Position numbers and translations under genes: made by a program. A stretch of 64,000 bases of DNA. It comes from Mobula hypostoma (lineage: Eukaryota). The notes under the pieces are model-generated. The model ran no database searches and was not told where the DNA came from. It saw only the letters and a program-made list of their open reading frames with translations. Location of the stretch: positions 21,266,001 through 21,330,000 of the forward strand of contig NC_086114.1 in NCBI RefSeq assembly GCF_963921235.1. Direction: 5' to 3'. Positions 1-13,266 of the stretch are shown here, piece after piece. The stretch's first letter is position 1; the number at the start of each line of letters is the position of its first letter.

Positions 1-229
1 CTTAACATGGATATTTCCTGTATAGTGCCATGTGATACAATTAAGGTGGCCAGTATAGTTTGAGTTCTAAATGCCCAATTTTACTGAGTAACTCATTGCA
101 TATCCCCCATGAGCGATTATTAAAACCACGTAAAATAGAAATTGCCATTGACAGTTCTTTTCTGAATAATCAACTGCTACGATGCCAAACTTGAGATAAA
201 ACTATGTTCTTTCTTCATCTTCCTGTCAG

Positions 230-297
230 GACTTCAGCTAACAATCAAGTTCAATTTGACGTGAACTCCATCACCAGTGCTTTGGAAAAGATTCTAG
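230..297 (+). CDS. ECD: ECD (ecdysoneless/SGT1 family), third-from-last coding exon
   Basis: AG at 228-229, GT at 298-299; encodes TSANNQVQFDVNSITSALEKILG, resembling vertebrate ECD 'ITFDADSFLNYFDKILG' as recalled; phase matches the next exon. Confidence 0.9.
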
Positions 298-532
298 GTA
301 GGAACCGCTGATGGTACCACTTCCATCGGTCTGTTCAGGCTAAGCATCTTCAAAGGGGAGCTTGATCGGTTCTTGATTAGTGAGGTCAATGTTTCAGCTG
401 TAGACCCAGCATCAGAACTGAAATGTTAACCTATTTTACACTGATAAGCCTAATAGTTATACAGCTTGTATAGTCTTGCCTTCCCACTTCAACCCAGTGT
501 GCTGTATTAAGTACTTCGGTCCTGATTTACAG

Positions 533-747
533 GGGTAGAATCAGATGAACTTGATTCTGATGATCTTGAAGAAGAGGATATTGATTTATTGGACAGCGAT
601 GAAGAATTTGACAGAAGAGAAGAAGACCCAGAGGAATGTGTTTCAGCAACTAAGGCATTAGAGAATATCCGAGACTACATGGCGCAGATGGATCAGGAGT
701 TAGCTGGCACCCACATTGGCAAAAGCTTTACCAAAGTCACCAATGAG
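533..747 (+). CDS. ECD: ECD penultimate coding exon
   Basis: AG at 531-532, GTAAGC at 748; acidic tract ESDELDSDDLEEEDIDLLDSDEE followed by YMAQMDQELAGTHIGKSF, a hallmark ECD motif. Confidence 0.95.
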
Positions 748-1332
748 GTAAGCCATCTGGAAAAAGCCAATCACGTATGTGAATTCTTGCATACAGAACA
801 CCAGATTCACCTATCACCAAACTTTGTCATGACTGATCTAACTATGGTGACCATTGGCTTTAACAGCCTCATTGGTCTTGATTCATTGTCCTAGAAGCAG
901 TTCTGGGCCTTTTACGTTGCAAACAGTAAATGCCTATTAACTTGTTCAGGACAATTACGTCTTTGATTCCATTTATTTCTTGCATAATTTGAATTCTCTC
1001 TTAACAATTCTGATCCTTGATTCTAGGTCTTCATCAGTGTTGTTTTTTTTTCTTTCTAATACTTACCACGCCCTTTGGCCATTCCATTTCCTGCTGTTAA
1101 ATCTTAATTTCAAATCTTTTCCTAAACTTCATCCTTTTCCTGCACATTGGCAACACTTCTACTCCCAACAAAGCCTCTTCAAGGTATGTCTTCCTCTGGG
1201 GAGTGCTATTAAAATGCAACTTAACAATTTCTAAACCAGTTGGGTTTATCTTTATTTTCTGTTTATGTTCAAATTTAATTGATGGGGAACAAGAACTGTT
1301 CATTACTAATAATAAGAGATTATGTTAACGTA

Positions 1333-3497
1333 GGAACATAGAAAACCTACAGCACAATACAGGCCCTTCGGCCCACAAAGTTGTGCCAAACATGTCCCTA
1401 CCTTAGAAATTACTAGTCTTACCCATAGCCCTCTATTTTTCTAAGCTCTGTGTACCTATCCAAAAGTCTCTTAAAAGACCCTATTGTATCCCCCTCCACC
1501 ACCGTTGCCAGCAGCCCATTCCATGCACTCACCACTCTGAGTAAAAAAACTTACCCCTGACATCACCTCTGTACCTACTGCCTAGCACCTTAAACCTGTG
1601 TCCTCTTGTGGCAACCATTTCAGCCCTGGGAGAAAGCCTCTGACTATCCACACGATCAATGCCTCTCATCTTATACATCTCTATCAGTTCACCTTTCATC
1701 CTCTGTCGCTCCAAGGAGAAAAGCCCGAGTTCACTCAACCTATTTTCATAAGGCATGCTCCCCAATCCAGGCAACATCCTTGTAAATCTCCTCTGCACCC
1801 TTTCTGTGGCTTCCACATCCTTCCTATAGTGAGGCAACCAGAACTGAGCACAGTACTCCAAGTGGGGTCTGACGAGGGTCCTATATAGCTGCAACATTAC
1901 CTCTCAGCTCCTAAATTCAGTTCCACGATTGATGAAGGCCAGTACACTGTATGCGTTCTTAACCAGAGAGTCAACCTGCGCAGCTGCTTTGAGCGTCCTA
2001 TGGACTCGGACCCCAAAATCCCGCTGATCCTCCACACTGCCAAGAGTCTTACCATTAATACTATATTCTGCCATCATATTTGACCTACCAAAATGAACCA
2101 CTTCACACTTATCTGGGTTTCATCTCCTCTGCCATTTCTCAACCCAGTTTTGCATCCTATCAGTGTCCCGCTGTAACTGTTGACAGCCCTCCACACTATC
2201 CACAACACCTCCAACCGTTGTGTCATCAGCAAACTTAGTAACCCATCCCTCCACTTCCTCATCCAGGTCATTTATAAAAATCACGAAGAGTAAGGGTCCC
2301 AGAACAGATCCCTGAGGCACACCACTGGTCACCAACCTCCAAGCAAAAAATGACCCATCTACAACCACTCTTTGCCTTCTGTGGGCAAGCCAGTTCTTGG
2401 ATTCCATGCCTCCTTACTTTCTCAATATGCCTTGTATGGGGTACCTTATCAAAATTATCAAATGCCTTGCTGAAATCCATATACACTACATCTACTGCTC
2501 TTCCTTCATCAATATGTTTAGTCACATCCTCAAAAAATTCAATCAGGCTCGTAAGGCACGACCTGCCCTTGACAAAGCCATGCTGACTATTCCTAATCAT
2601 ATTATACCTCTCCAAATGTTCATAAATACTGCCTCTCAGGATCTTTTCCATCAACTTACCAACCACTGAAGTAAGACTCACTGGTCGATAATTTCCTGGG
2701 CTATCTCTATTCCCTTTCTTGAATAAAGGAACAACATCCGCAACCCTCCAATCCTCCGGAACCTCTCCCATCCCCATTGATGATGCAAAGATCATTGCCA
2801 GAGGCTCAGCAATCTCCTCCCTCGCCTCGCACAGTAGCCTCGGGTATATCTCATCCGGTCCCGGCGACTTATTCAACTTGATGCTTTCCAAAAGCTCCAG
2901 CACATCCCCTTTCTTAATATCTACATGCTCAAGCTTTTCAGTCTGCTGCAAGTCATTACAACAATTACCAAGATCCTTTTCCATAGTGAATACTGAAGTA
3001 AAGTATTCATTAAGTACCTCTGCTATTTCCTCCGGTTCCATACACACTTTCCCACTGTCACACTTGATAGGTTCTATTCTTTCACATCTTATCCTCTTGC
3101 TCTTCACATACTGGTAGAATGCCTTGGGGTTTTCCTTAATCCTGCCTGCCAGGGCCTTCTCACGGCCCCTTCTGGCTCTCCTAATTTCCTTCTTAAGCTC
3201 CTTCCTGTTAGCCTTATAATCTTCTAGATCTCTAACATTACCTAGCTCTCTGAACCTTTTGTAAGCTTTTCTTTTCTTCTTGACTAGATTTATTTCAGCT
3301 TTTGTACACCACGGTTCCTGTATTTTACCATAACTTCCCTGTCTTCTTGGAGCATACCTGTGCAGAACTCCACACAAATATCCCCTGAACATTTGCCACA
3401 TTTCTTCCGTACTTTTCCCTGAGAACATCTTCCAATTTCCTGCCTGATAGCCACATAATTCCCCTCACTCCAGTTAAACGCTTTTCTAACTTGTACC
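1333..3497 (-). mobile_element. CR1-clade LINE, 5'-truncated, frameshifted RT
   Basis: ORFs with PGPDEIYP, NYRPVSLTS, QHGF, YMDFSKAFD, GVPQGSVLGP, KFADD, RPHLEYC; CR1-type 3' tail near 1335. Confidence 0.93.
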
Positions 3498-3547
3498 TAC
3501 TTGAAGTAAATTCCCACTTCAACAGTGTCAAGTTCACATTTATTTAT

Positions 3548-4728
3548 ACACCCTGTGGCTACTCTGTTCAGTACCTCCTGTACCTGTGGCTACTCTATTA
3601 AGTATCTCCTGTACCTGATAAAGTTGCCATTGAGTGTATGTTTATGGTCTCCCACACCACTTTAAGGTTCTTTTGCTGCTGTGGCCGAACTGTTGGCCAG
3701 ACTGATTCAGTCTGGCAGTTCTCTTGACCTAGGTCATTAAAAGGTATTTTGCCCACAGAACTGCCACTCACTGATTATGTTTTTGCACCATTTTCTGTAA
3801 ATTCTAGAACATAATAAATAACTAAACAAGAAAACCACAAAAATACAAGAACTTCACAATACAATACACTTCTAACCTACGCTATCTACCTTTTGCAACG
3901 TTACAACAACAGCAAAGTGGCAGGCCAGCTGCTGAGTCATGGCACGTTAAAAAAAAAATCCTTCTTCAGAATGAAAACTTCCCTCCATTTTTCTACTACA
4001 CCAATAGAGTTTGTTCGCTCCCATAAGTCACTCGGTGACGCGCAAGGGGAGGTTGGGGGAGATAATTCGGGAGGGAGAGGCTGACATCACAGCTCAAGTT
4101 GGGCGAGTCCATTCAATGCTTGGAAAACACACTCAATGCTTGGAAAACACACTCCATGCTCCTCATCAGCCTACCAACCTCCCCTCTGCAATACAGCACT
4201 CACCAATTATTAACTGCCTCCCCTATCTCACGTCAAAAACTAAGAATGGGCTTAACCAAATAAACACGGTCCTACTGCGCACTACCATACTGGGCTGAAG
4301 AGACCTCTAACGAGATTGCTAACAGGGCTGTTTGGACACTGCTCACCACTGCAGGCGCTAGCATTGCACTTTGCGCAAAGTTCTAAAGATGTTTTTCTTT
4401 TATCATGGTCTCACAGAACCCTTAGCAACCTCTTGTGGAACCCCAGATGAGAAACCCTGCTCTAGAGACTGTTGTGTGTGGAACATCCCAGGAGATCAGT
4501 TTCTGAGATGGTCAAACCATCACATCTGGTACCAAAAATCATACCCTGGTCAAAATCACTTAGATCACATTTCTTCTCCATTCTGATGGTTGGTCTGAAC
4601 AACAACTGAACCTCTTGACCATGTGTGCATGCGTTTAGGCATTGAGTTGCTGCCACATGATTGGCTGACTAGATATTCGTATTAATAAGCAGTTGTACAA
4701 GTATCGCTAATAAAGTGGCCATTGAATA
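3548..4728. mobile_element. Tc1/mariner non-autonomous remnant, interrupted by a hAT-like insertion
   Basis: TIR-like CAC..GTGGC.ACT motifs at 3548-3638 and AATAAAGTGGCCATTGA at ~4709-4725; decayed transposase-like start (KKCDLSDFDQGMIFG) on -. Confidence 0.6.
3810..4459. mobile_element. hAT (Charlie-like) remnant
   Basis: Right end ...GAGAAACCCTG; flanked by TTCTAGAA (3802-3809) and CTCTAGAG (4460-4467), matching the NTCTAGAN target; left TIR not recognisable. Confidence 0.45.
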
Positions 4729-4904
4729 CATGTTTACAAAATATGATGTCTAAGAGCGGATAAGAATCAGCCACATTGCTGTGGATCTAGATTCAGACCA
4801 AAGCAAGACTGGGGAAGAAGCTATGCCTGAAAAGCACTTCTACTACAATCTGTATCCTTCAGTCAAATTTGCTGTGATGACCTTTAATTCCAAATCTTTT
4901 TCTC

Positions 4905-6280
4905 TGCTGACGCAGTGCTTTGAGAGGTTGGTGATGAAACTTATCAATTCCTGTCTGAGAAGCAACTTGGAACCGCTCCAAATTCCCTATTGTCACAACA
5001 GGTCAATGGCTCTTCACTCAAGCCTGGAACATTTGGACAGTGAAGCTGCATACATCAGTGATTAATTGACTACAGCTCAGCATTCAGTGCCATCATCTCC
5101 TCAAAACTGATCACTAAGCTTCTGGACCTTGTCCAATACCTCTTTGTGCAATTGGATCTTCAATTTCTTAATTTGCAGACCCCGGTCAGTTCAGATTGGC
5201 AAAATCTCCTCCACAATCTCCATTAGCACAGATGCATCACAAGGCTGTGCGCTTTACTCCTGCTCTACTTGCTTTATACTTATGACTATGAGGCTAAGCA
5301 CAGCTCCAATGCAATAGTCAAGTTTGCTGACTACATCGCTGTCATTGCCTGAGTCAAAGTCATGACAAATCAACTTGTAGGAGGCAGATTAAAAATCTGG
5401 TTGAGTGGTGCCACAGCAGCCACCTCTTTCACTGTCAGCTGAACCAAGGAGCTGATTATTGACTTCAGGAAGAGGAAATGGAACCAGTCCTCATGGGGGA
5501 TCAGAGGTGAAGAGGGTCAGCAAGTTTAAATCCTTCAGTGCTATTTCAGAAGATCTGTCTTGGGTCCAGAATATCAGTTCCGTTAGAAAGCACTGCAGTG
5601 CCTCTACATTATTAGAAATATGAAGATCCTGCATGTCATCTGAAACACTGTGACCAACTTTTATAGATGTGTGGTGTAAAGTGTACTAACTGGATGCATC
5701 ACAACCTGGTATGGAAACACCAATGTGCGTGAACGGAAAAGCCTACAGAAAGTAGTGGGTATGGCCCAGTCCATCATGGGTCAAGCCCTACCCACCATTT
5801 GAACACATCTCCAGAGTGCTTTCACAGGAAAGCAGCGTCAATCATCGAGGATACCAACCATTTAGGCTATGCTTTCTTTTCACTGCTGCCACCAGGAAGA
5901 AGATACAGGAGCCTCAGGACCCACAGCATTAGGTTCAGGAGCAGTTACTACCCCTCAACCATCAGGCTCTTGAACCAGAGGGGATATCTTCATTCAACTT
6001 CACTTGTCCTATTACTGAGCTGTTCCCACAACAAATGAACTCGCTTTCAAAGACCCTTCATCTTGTGTTCTCGATATTTATTGCTTATTTAATATTATCT
6101 TTTTATAGTTGCACATTTTATTGTATTTTGCACGTTGATTGTTTCTCCATGCTGTTGGGTGCAGTCTTTCATTGATTCTGTTGTGTTTCTTGATTTGCTG
6201 TGAATGCCTATAAGAAAATGAAACTCGGGGTTGTATATGGTGACGTATGTAATATGATAACTTACTTAGAACTTTTGAAC
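4905..6280 (+). mobile_element. Rex1/Babar-type LINE, decayed RT and 3' end
   Basis: QCFERLVMKLINSCLRSNLEPLQ, LCNWIFNFL, KFAD-like segment, FSLLPPGRRYRSL, YYPSTIRLLN. Confidence 0.8.
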
Positions 6281-6882
6281 TTGTTGCATCAATAAATTGC
6301 TCAACTGCCAAAGTGGGATTTATTTGAACACTGGTTTATAAATCAAAGTCCAGTCCTCTGATTACAGATCCATAAATTATCCATTACCCTGCCTTCCTTG
6401 CATTTTGTTTAATCACCCTGAGCTTGGCAAATACTATTTCTTTTTCAACAATCCAATTCCCCACTGCAAACAGTTCCAAATTCTTCTTACTCACAGTCTA
6501 TCCACTCTTAATTTTTTTCTCCCCATACATAATGCACATTACGTCCTTTGAAAAACAAAATCTGAACTTGTGATATTCTAACCAATATAATTTTTCAAGC
6601 TAATTGTAGTAAACTCCCTACAATAAACACCCATTCTGCTTTAGCCTTCATCCTCATTGCACAGATTTTCATCAGCTCATTTCACTTTCGTCTTAAAAGA
6701 AAACCAGCCAGTAACTTGACCATTGATGCTAATATTTTTAACATAAAATTCTCCAATGAGTTAATTATCCTGAGATATAATAAAATCAGTGGGGAGTTGA
6801 CATTTGGCGCTAAGACTCTGATGAAAAATTAGATGTTTTAGGCCCGAAATGTCGACTTTTATTCCTCTCCATTGATGCTTAA

Positions 6883-7215
<333 letters not shown>

Positions 7216-7429
7216 AAAAGGAGTGCCACAAACTGATTCTGTCAGCTGAAGTACTTCCATCAGATTGTTATCATCCACTTGGTTCCACCATGATCATCTG
7301 CGCAGTGATGCATTTCTGAATTAAGGATACCATTCCATCATTCAGAGAAGAGGAGTCCTTAAATCTGACTTTAGTGTAGCTGCCTCTTTAATTTTCCTTG
7401 AAATCATTCAGAAAATATTTTTGTAACTA

Positions 7430-7614
7430 AATAAATGAAAACTTAATAGAACTTTGAGTACATGCTGTTATCGTTAAAGAAATTAGCAGGCTAACATATG
7501 GGTTTGTGTGGTGAATATGTCATCCATATAATTTTATCACTTATTCTGCATTTCACTGTTAATATGAATATCATCTTATACTATACCGGTAGCCCCCTGT
7601 TTGGGTAAAATAAA
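7430..7614 (+). terminator. Candidate ECD polyadenylation signals
   Basis: AATAAA at 7430-7435 and 7609-7614 downstream of the ECD stop. Confidence 0.45.
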
Positions 7615-7705
7615 TTTGCCCTTATGTAATCATAAATCACTAACCAAAATTTTGAGATGTGGGGTAAAATTTGTAGTAATGAAATTTCAATCGACATGTA
7701 TTCAA

Positions 7706-9545
7706 ACCTGTAAGATATAGGAGCAGAATTAGGCCTGAAGTAATTCTAATCTGCTCCACCATTCCATCATGGCTGATTTATTAACCTTCTCAATCCCATT
7801 CTCCAGCATTCTCCCAGTAACCTTTGATACACTGATTAATCAAGAATCTGCCAACCTCTGCCTTAAATATACCCAGTGACTTGGCTTCCACAGCTGTCTA
7901 TGGGCAACAAATTCCACAGATTCATCACCTTCCAGCTAAGAAAATTATCCACATCTGTTCTAAATGGCAGTCACTTTTCTGAAGCTGTGCCCTCTGGTCC
8001 TGGACTTCCCCACTATAGTAAACAACCCCTCTGAATCCACTTTATCTCGGCCTTTTAATATTCGATAGGTTTCAACGAGATTCCTCCCCCCCCCCCATTC
8101 TAATATTGCATTTGTCGTCTTACCACTAACTTGACCTCCAAATTAGCCTTCAGGGAATCCTGCACAAGGACTTCCAAGTTCTTTTGCACCACTGATTTTT
8201 GTATTTTCTCCCCATTTAGAAAAGAGTCCATGCCTTTATTCCTTCTATCAAATTGCATGTCCATGCACTTCCCTACAGGCTATTTCATCTGTCACCTCTA
8301 TGCCCATTCTCCCAATCTAATTCCTTCTGCAGACACCCTGCTTCCTCAACATTATCTGCACTTTTACCTATCTAAATATTGTCCACAAATTTGGCCAAAA
8401 AGCCATTTCTTCATCCAAATCATTGACATGTGAAAAGAAGAAATCCCAACACTGACACCTGCAGCAAACCACTAGTTACTAGCAGCCAACCAGAAAAGGC
8501 CCTCTTTATTCCCACTCTTTGCCTCCTGGCAGTCAACCAATCTTCTCTCCATGCAAGTTTCTTTCCAATAACACCATAGGCTCTTATCTTGTTAAGCAGC
8601 CTTATGTGCAACACCTTGTCAAAGGCTTTCAGAAAATCCAAATAAACAACATCCACTGACTCTTCTTTGTCTATCCTGCCTGTCATTCCCTAAACAGATT
8701 TGTCAGTCATAATTTCCCATTAAAGAAACCATGTTGACTGGCCTATTTTATCATATGCCTCCAAGTCCCCCGGAACTTCATCCTTAATATTAGACTCCAA
8801 CATCTTTCCAACCACTTATGTCAGGCTAACTGGCCTGTAATTTCCCTTATTCTATCTCCCTTCATTCTTAAAGAGTGGAGTGATATTTGTAGTTTTCCAG
8901 TCCTTGGAACCATGCCAGGATCTAGTGATTCTTGAAAGATCATTACTAATGCCTCCACAATCTCTTCTTCAGCTACCTCTTTCAGAACCCTGGGGTGTAG
9001 TCCAGCTGCTCCAGGTAACTTATCTAACTTCAGATTTTTCTGTGTCCCAGGCTCCTTCTCCTTATGAATAGCAACAACATTCACTCCTGCCCCTGACACA
9101 CTCTCATGTTTCTGGCATTTTGCTAGTGCTTTCCACAGTGAAGATTAATACAAAATACTTATTAGTTGGTCGGCCATTCTTTTGTCCCCCATTGCTACCT
9201 CTCTCAATTTTCCAGTGGTCCGAAATCCACTCTCATCTCTTTAACTCTTTATATATCTGAAAACTTTTTAAAAATTCTTTTATATATTGGCTAGTTTACC
9301 ATCATATCCCATCTCTTCTCTTTATGCTTTATAGCTTTCCTTCTGCTAGTTTTTAACAGCTTCCCATTCCTCTACCTACACACTAATTTTTGCTATGTTA
9401 TGCTTTCGTTTTTATGCTGCCTTTGCCTTCCCTTGTCATCCACAATTGCCTCATCCGCTCTAGAATTCTACTTCATCTTTGGGATGTATCTTTCATGCGC
9501 CTCCTGAATTGCTCCCGGAAACTCCAGCCATCGCTGTTCTGCCGT
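7706..9545 (-). mobile_element. CR1 LINE fragments with internal deletions
   Basis: VYLDFLKAFDKV..RLLNK, HPRVLKEVAEE motifs; CR1 3' UTR near 7710-7860. Confidence 0.85.
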
Positions 9546-9794
9546 CATCCTATCAGATATCATATGATCTCAGGACAGCTGTAGATCACAAGAGCCCGTC
9601 TACACAAATGATGCTGAGTATTTTCACATCATTTACTATTGTGGCCTGTATTTGCAAGTGTTCTCATCTTTAGTAGAGTGATCCAGCAATGAGTTATCAT
9701 GCTCAAGTGGCAGGATAATATACTCGGATTTTTTTTTATATTTTAGCAATAGAGCACAGAGTAGTCCCTTCTAGCCACACCGATCGAGCAAACA

Positions 9795-10205
9795 CTTTCA
9801 AAAATCAAAGCTTTAATGCCTGGGCAGCATTTGAAATTCTACAACTTTTTAAGATCACGAACCATAGGCTGCCAAGTGCTATTCAGATAGAGAACTATTC
9901 TGGGGGACACGCGATACTGCAGATGCTGGAACCTGGAGCTAGAAACAAACTGTTGGAAAAACTCAGTGGGTCAAGCAGCATCTGTGGAGGCAAGGGGATG
10001 ATCAACATTTTGGTTCGAGACCCTGCATCAAGACAATTCCTTTCAGCTGGCATAGGAATGATAGAATGAAAAACCCTCTGATGCAAATGATTCATGGTTT
10101 AACAAATATTTGTATGTGATTAGAAATGAACAGTCCTCAGGATAATTGTAGATTAGGGTACTATACAGTTTATGCAGCAGTTCCTCTGCATTCTACTCCA
10201 GTGTT
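9795..10205. repeat. Arm A of a ~410-bp inverted duplication (partner 12214-12626)
   Basis: Reverse complement aligns across a composite of unique, Penelope-terminus and CR1 sequence (e.g. GAACAGTCCTCAGGATAATTGTAGATTAGGGTAC). Confidence 0.85.
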
Positions 10206-10371
10206 TATTATAATGCCTAATCACGGGACAATTTACACCAGCCAATTAACCCACCTGGTATGTCTTTGGACTGTGGGAGGAAACCCATGCATTCCATGGG
10301 GAGGACTCTGGAATGCCCCAAGCTGTAATGGCATCATGCTAACTGGTACACTAGCATGGCACCCACTACAG

Positions 10372-11104
10372 CAGCAGTCCCCCAACTACCGGGCCGCGAG
10401 GGAATGATATGAGTCAGCTGCACCTTTCCTCATTCCCTGTCACGCACTGTTGAACTTGAACATAGGGTTGCCAACTGTCCCGTATTTGCCAGGACATCCC
10501 GAATATTGGGCTAAATTAGTTTGTTCCATACGGGACCGCCCTTGTCCCGTATTTCCCCCGCTAAGGTAGAGCTTTCCTATGAAACCTTTCATGCGGAAAT
10601 GGCGTGAAGCGAAAAAGCAATTACCATTAATTTATATGGGAAAAATTTTTGAGTGTTCCCAGACCCAAAAAATAACCTACCAAATCATACCAAATACCAC
10701 ATAAAACCGAAAATAAATAACACTAACAGAGTAAAATCAGGAATGATATGATAAATACACAGTCTATATAAAGTAGAAATAATGTACGCACAGTATAGTT
10801 GGGAAGATGAAGGCAAAACCGATCTGTGGGGGGAAAAAATCGGCATGTATGCGCATGCGCACATAGGTGCCCGCGCAAGGCATCACGGTCATGGTAGCCT
10901 TTCCTGGGGTAAAGTGTCCTGGGATTTGACTGCTACCTTTGTCCCTTATTTGGAAGTGAGAAGGTTGGCAACCCTAACTGTAAAAGACATGTTGAGGTGA
11001 GTTTAACCCTACTTAAACACTCCCCCCACCCCCGGTCGGCCAATCTGCAAGAATATTGTCAATGTTAAACCAGTCCGTGGTGCAAAAAAGGTTGGGGACC
11101 CCTA
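10372..11104. mobile_element. Composite hAT element: Charlie-like outer element with a nested TAGGGTTGCCAAC-TIR element (10463-10976)
   Basis: Outer ends CAGCAGTCCCCAAC / GTTGGGGACCCCTA with 8-bp TSD CACTACAG/CCCTACAG; inner ends TAGGGTTGCCAAC / GTTGGCAACCCTA. Confidence 0.8.
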
Positions 11105-11365
11105 CCCTACAGCATGGAACAGGCCCTTCAGCCCAATGAGTTGCATCTCTCAACAACCCACCTATTTAACCTTAGCCTAATCACAGGGCAATTTACAATG
11201 ACCAATTAACCTACATCTTTGGATTGCGGGAGGAAACTAGAGTACCCGGAGGAAACCCACACTGTCACAGGAAGAACGGACAAACTCCTTACAGATAGCA
11301 CCACAATTGAACTCTGATGCTCTGAACTAAAGGCGTCATGCTAACTGCCAGGCTACATTGGCTCC
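11105..11365 (-). mobile_element. V-SINE (HE1-like) copy
   Basis: V-domain GGGTTTCCTCCGGGTACTCTAGTTTCCTCCCGCAATCCAAAGA on -. Confidence 0.7.
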
Positions 11366-11392
11366 CATAAATTCCAATGCTTGAGATACTTT

Positions 11393-11907
11393 TCAGAGTT
11401 GGATTCCCACTCTCTCTTTCCTTGTTGATATATTTGTTTCTCCACTAACTTTATATAAAAAGATGCCTATTCCACTGGCACTGATGAGAAGAGTAGTGAG
11501 TTGTGGTGATGAGAAAGTCCATTCATTAGCAATGATGGTCCTTAGAGTCAGTGCATCTGTCTTTGCAACCACCATCATGCTCACCATCAGAGCTGAGCTC
11601 AGCAAGGTACACAGACAAATGAGAAACTTCAGCAAACACCCCAGGATAAGCACCAAGGAAAAGAAGCCCAGAAAGATCAGACTAGTCCAACTTCCTGACA
11701 CGTAGATTCGTTGTGTTTCTGGATGGAGAAGGCAGTACACAAACAGCAGTGGGCAGCTGTTAATGGTACAGGTGTAGTGGACATCCATCACCGAAGTCTT
11801 TTGGTCTTCACAAATCTTTTGGAGCAAAATGAGATACATGCTCTCAAGCATGAGGTTCAGCAACCCATAGATGTAGACAATGACTTCATCGTTGAAACTG
11901 CGAACAC
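11393..11907 (-). CDS. SLC35D-like nucleotide-sugar transporter, exon 3 (terminal)
   Basis: TAG acceptor at 11910-11908, phase 1; GVRSFNDEVIVYIYGLLNLMLESMYLILLQK...CTLLSSALMVSMMVVAK...QL*; several hydrophobic helices. Confidence 0.85.
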
Positions 11908-12213
11908 CTAAAGAAGGGAAAATTAGAACAGGACAAAGTTAGAAATTAGGGCGGGAATATTGATAAACTTTTTCTTTCATTAATCAAAACGACATTCTAC
12001 ATTCAAGTGAATATCAATTGAGCTACCGGTTGTGATGCTCCCAAATTTAAGAAAGATATTGTGCTTTATTAAGGAAGTGATAGATCGAATTTAAGGAGAG
12101 TAAGTGTAAAATGTTTGTCCCAGGAAGTGAAATGGGTGACATGCTTCATGAAGCCTAAGGAAGTAATTGAGTTGATGTGAACCGAGGATTCTTAGACACT
12201 ACAATAAAATATT

Positions 12214-12626
12214 TAACAGTAGAGTAAAATGCAGAGGAACAGCTGAAAAAACTGTATTGTACCCTAATCTACAATTATCCTGAGGACTGTTCACTCTTTA
12301 TCACATATAGATTTGTTCGTTAAACCATGAATCATTTACATCACAGAGGGTTTTTCATTCTATCATGCCCATGCTAGCTGAAAAGAATTGTCCTGATGAA
12401 GGGTCTCGAACCAAAATGTTGATCATCCCTTTGCCTTCATTGATGCTGCTCGACCCACTGAGTTCCTCCAATAGTTTGTTTCTAGCTCCAGATTCCAGCA
12501 TCTGCAGTCTCTCATGTCCCCCAGAATAATTCTCTATCTGAACAGCACCTGCCAGCTTTCAGTGCATGGCCTTAAGTAGTAGAATTTCAAATGCTGCCCA
12601 CGCATTGAAGTTTTGATTTATGAAAG
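12214..12626. repeat. Arm B (probable donor) of the ~410-bp inverted duplication
   Basis: Reverse-complement match to 9795-10205. Confidence 0.85.
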
Positions 12627-12739
12627 GGAAAAGTGAAGGAACTTAATGTGTTTAACTTTGAAAGGAAGAGGTCTGACGTAAAGCATCCAAAGTTAACAGA
12701 CTGGATGAATAACATGAGATGAAAGTGGACAAGGAGACC

Positions 12740-13085
12740 CAGTGAGATGGTTTTGCTGTGGACTTGTTGTGGTGGTAGGCAAATTGCAGCAGGTCCAGAT
12801 CTTTGCTCAGACAGGAGTTAATTCTAGACATGACCATTTTACATTTTATCACAGTAGATATGAGTGCTACAGTCTGATAGTCATTGAGGAAGATCACCCT
12901 GCTGCCCTTGGGTACTGGTATGTTTAATATCTTTTTGAAGCAGGTGAGACCCACTCACAGCAGTAGTGAGAGGCTGGAAATGCCCTTGAACACTCCATCA
13001 GATGGTTGGCACAGGTTTTCAAACCCTGCCAGGTACACTGTCGTGTCCTGATGCTTGGTGAGGGTTCACCCTCTTGAAGGATGTT
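12740..13085 (-). mobile_element. Rex1/Babar LINE RT fragment
   Basis: IPVPK..LNDYQTVALISTVIKC..LDLLQFAY. Confidence 0.75.
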
Positions 13086-13266
13086 TCAAGTTGAAGCCTT
13101 ACATTTGGAACTGAAGCATGGATCATCTATTTCCCTCCACAGATGCTGACTAACCTGTTGATTACCTCCAGCAGTTTGCTTCTTCTACTGCACATGACTA
13201 TGATGTTTAAGATCAGTGTCAGCTGCATTATCCATTCTAATTTGTATTTTTTTTTTAACAATTCAG

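Noticed and set aside
4781-4860. Extra acidic ECD exon (DLDSDQSKTGEE)
   Set aside because: No pyrimidine tract or good splice sites; it runs into Rex1 sequence; exon ends 747 and 7009 already join in phase
11393-11863. Stand-alone chemoreceptor/GPCR-like ORF
   Set aside because: It is the terminal exon of the spliced SLC35D-like gene
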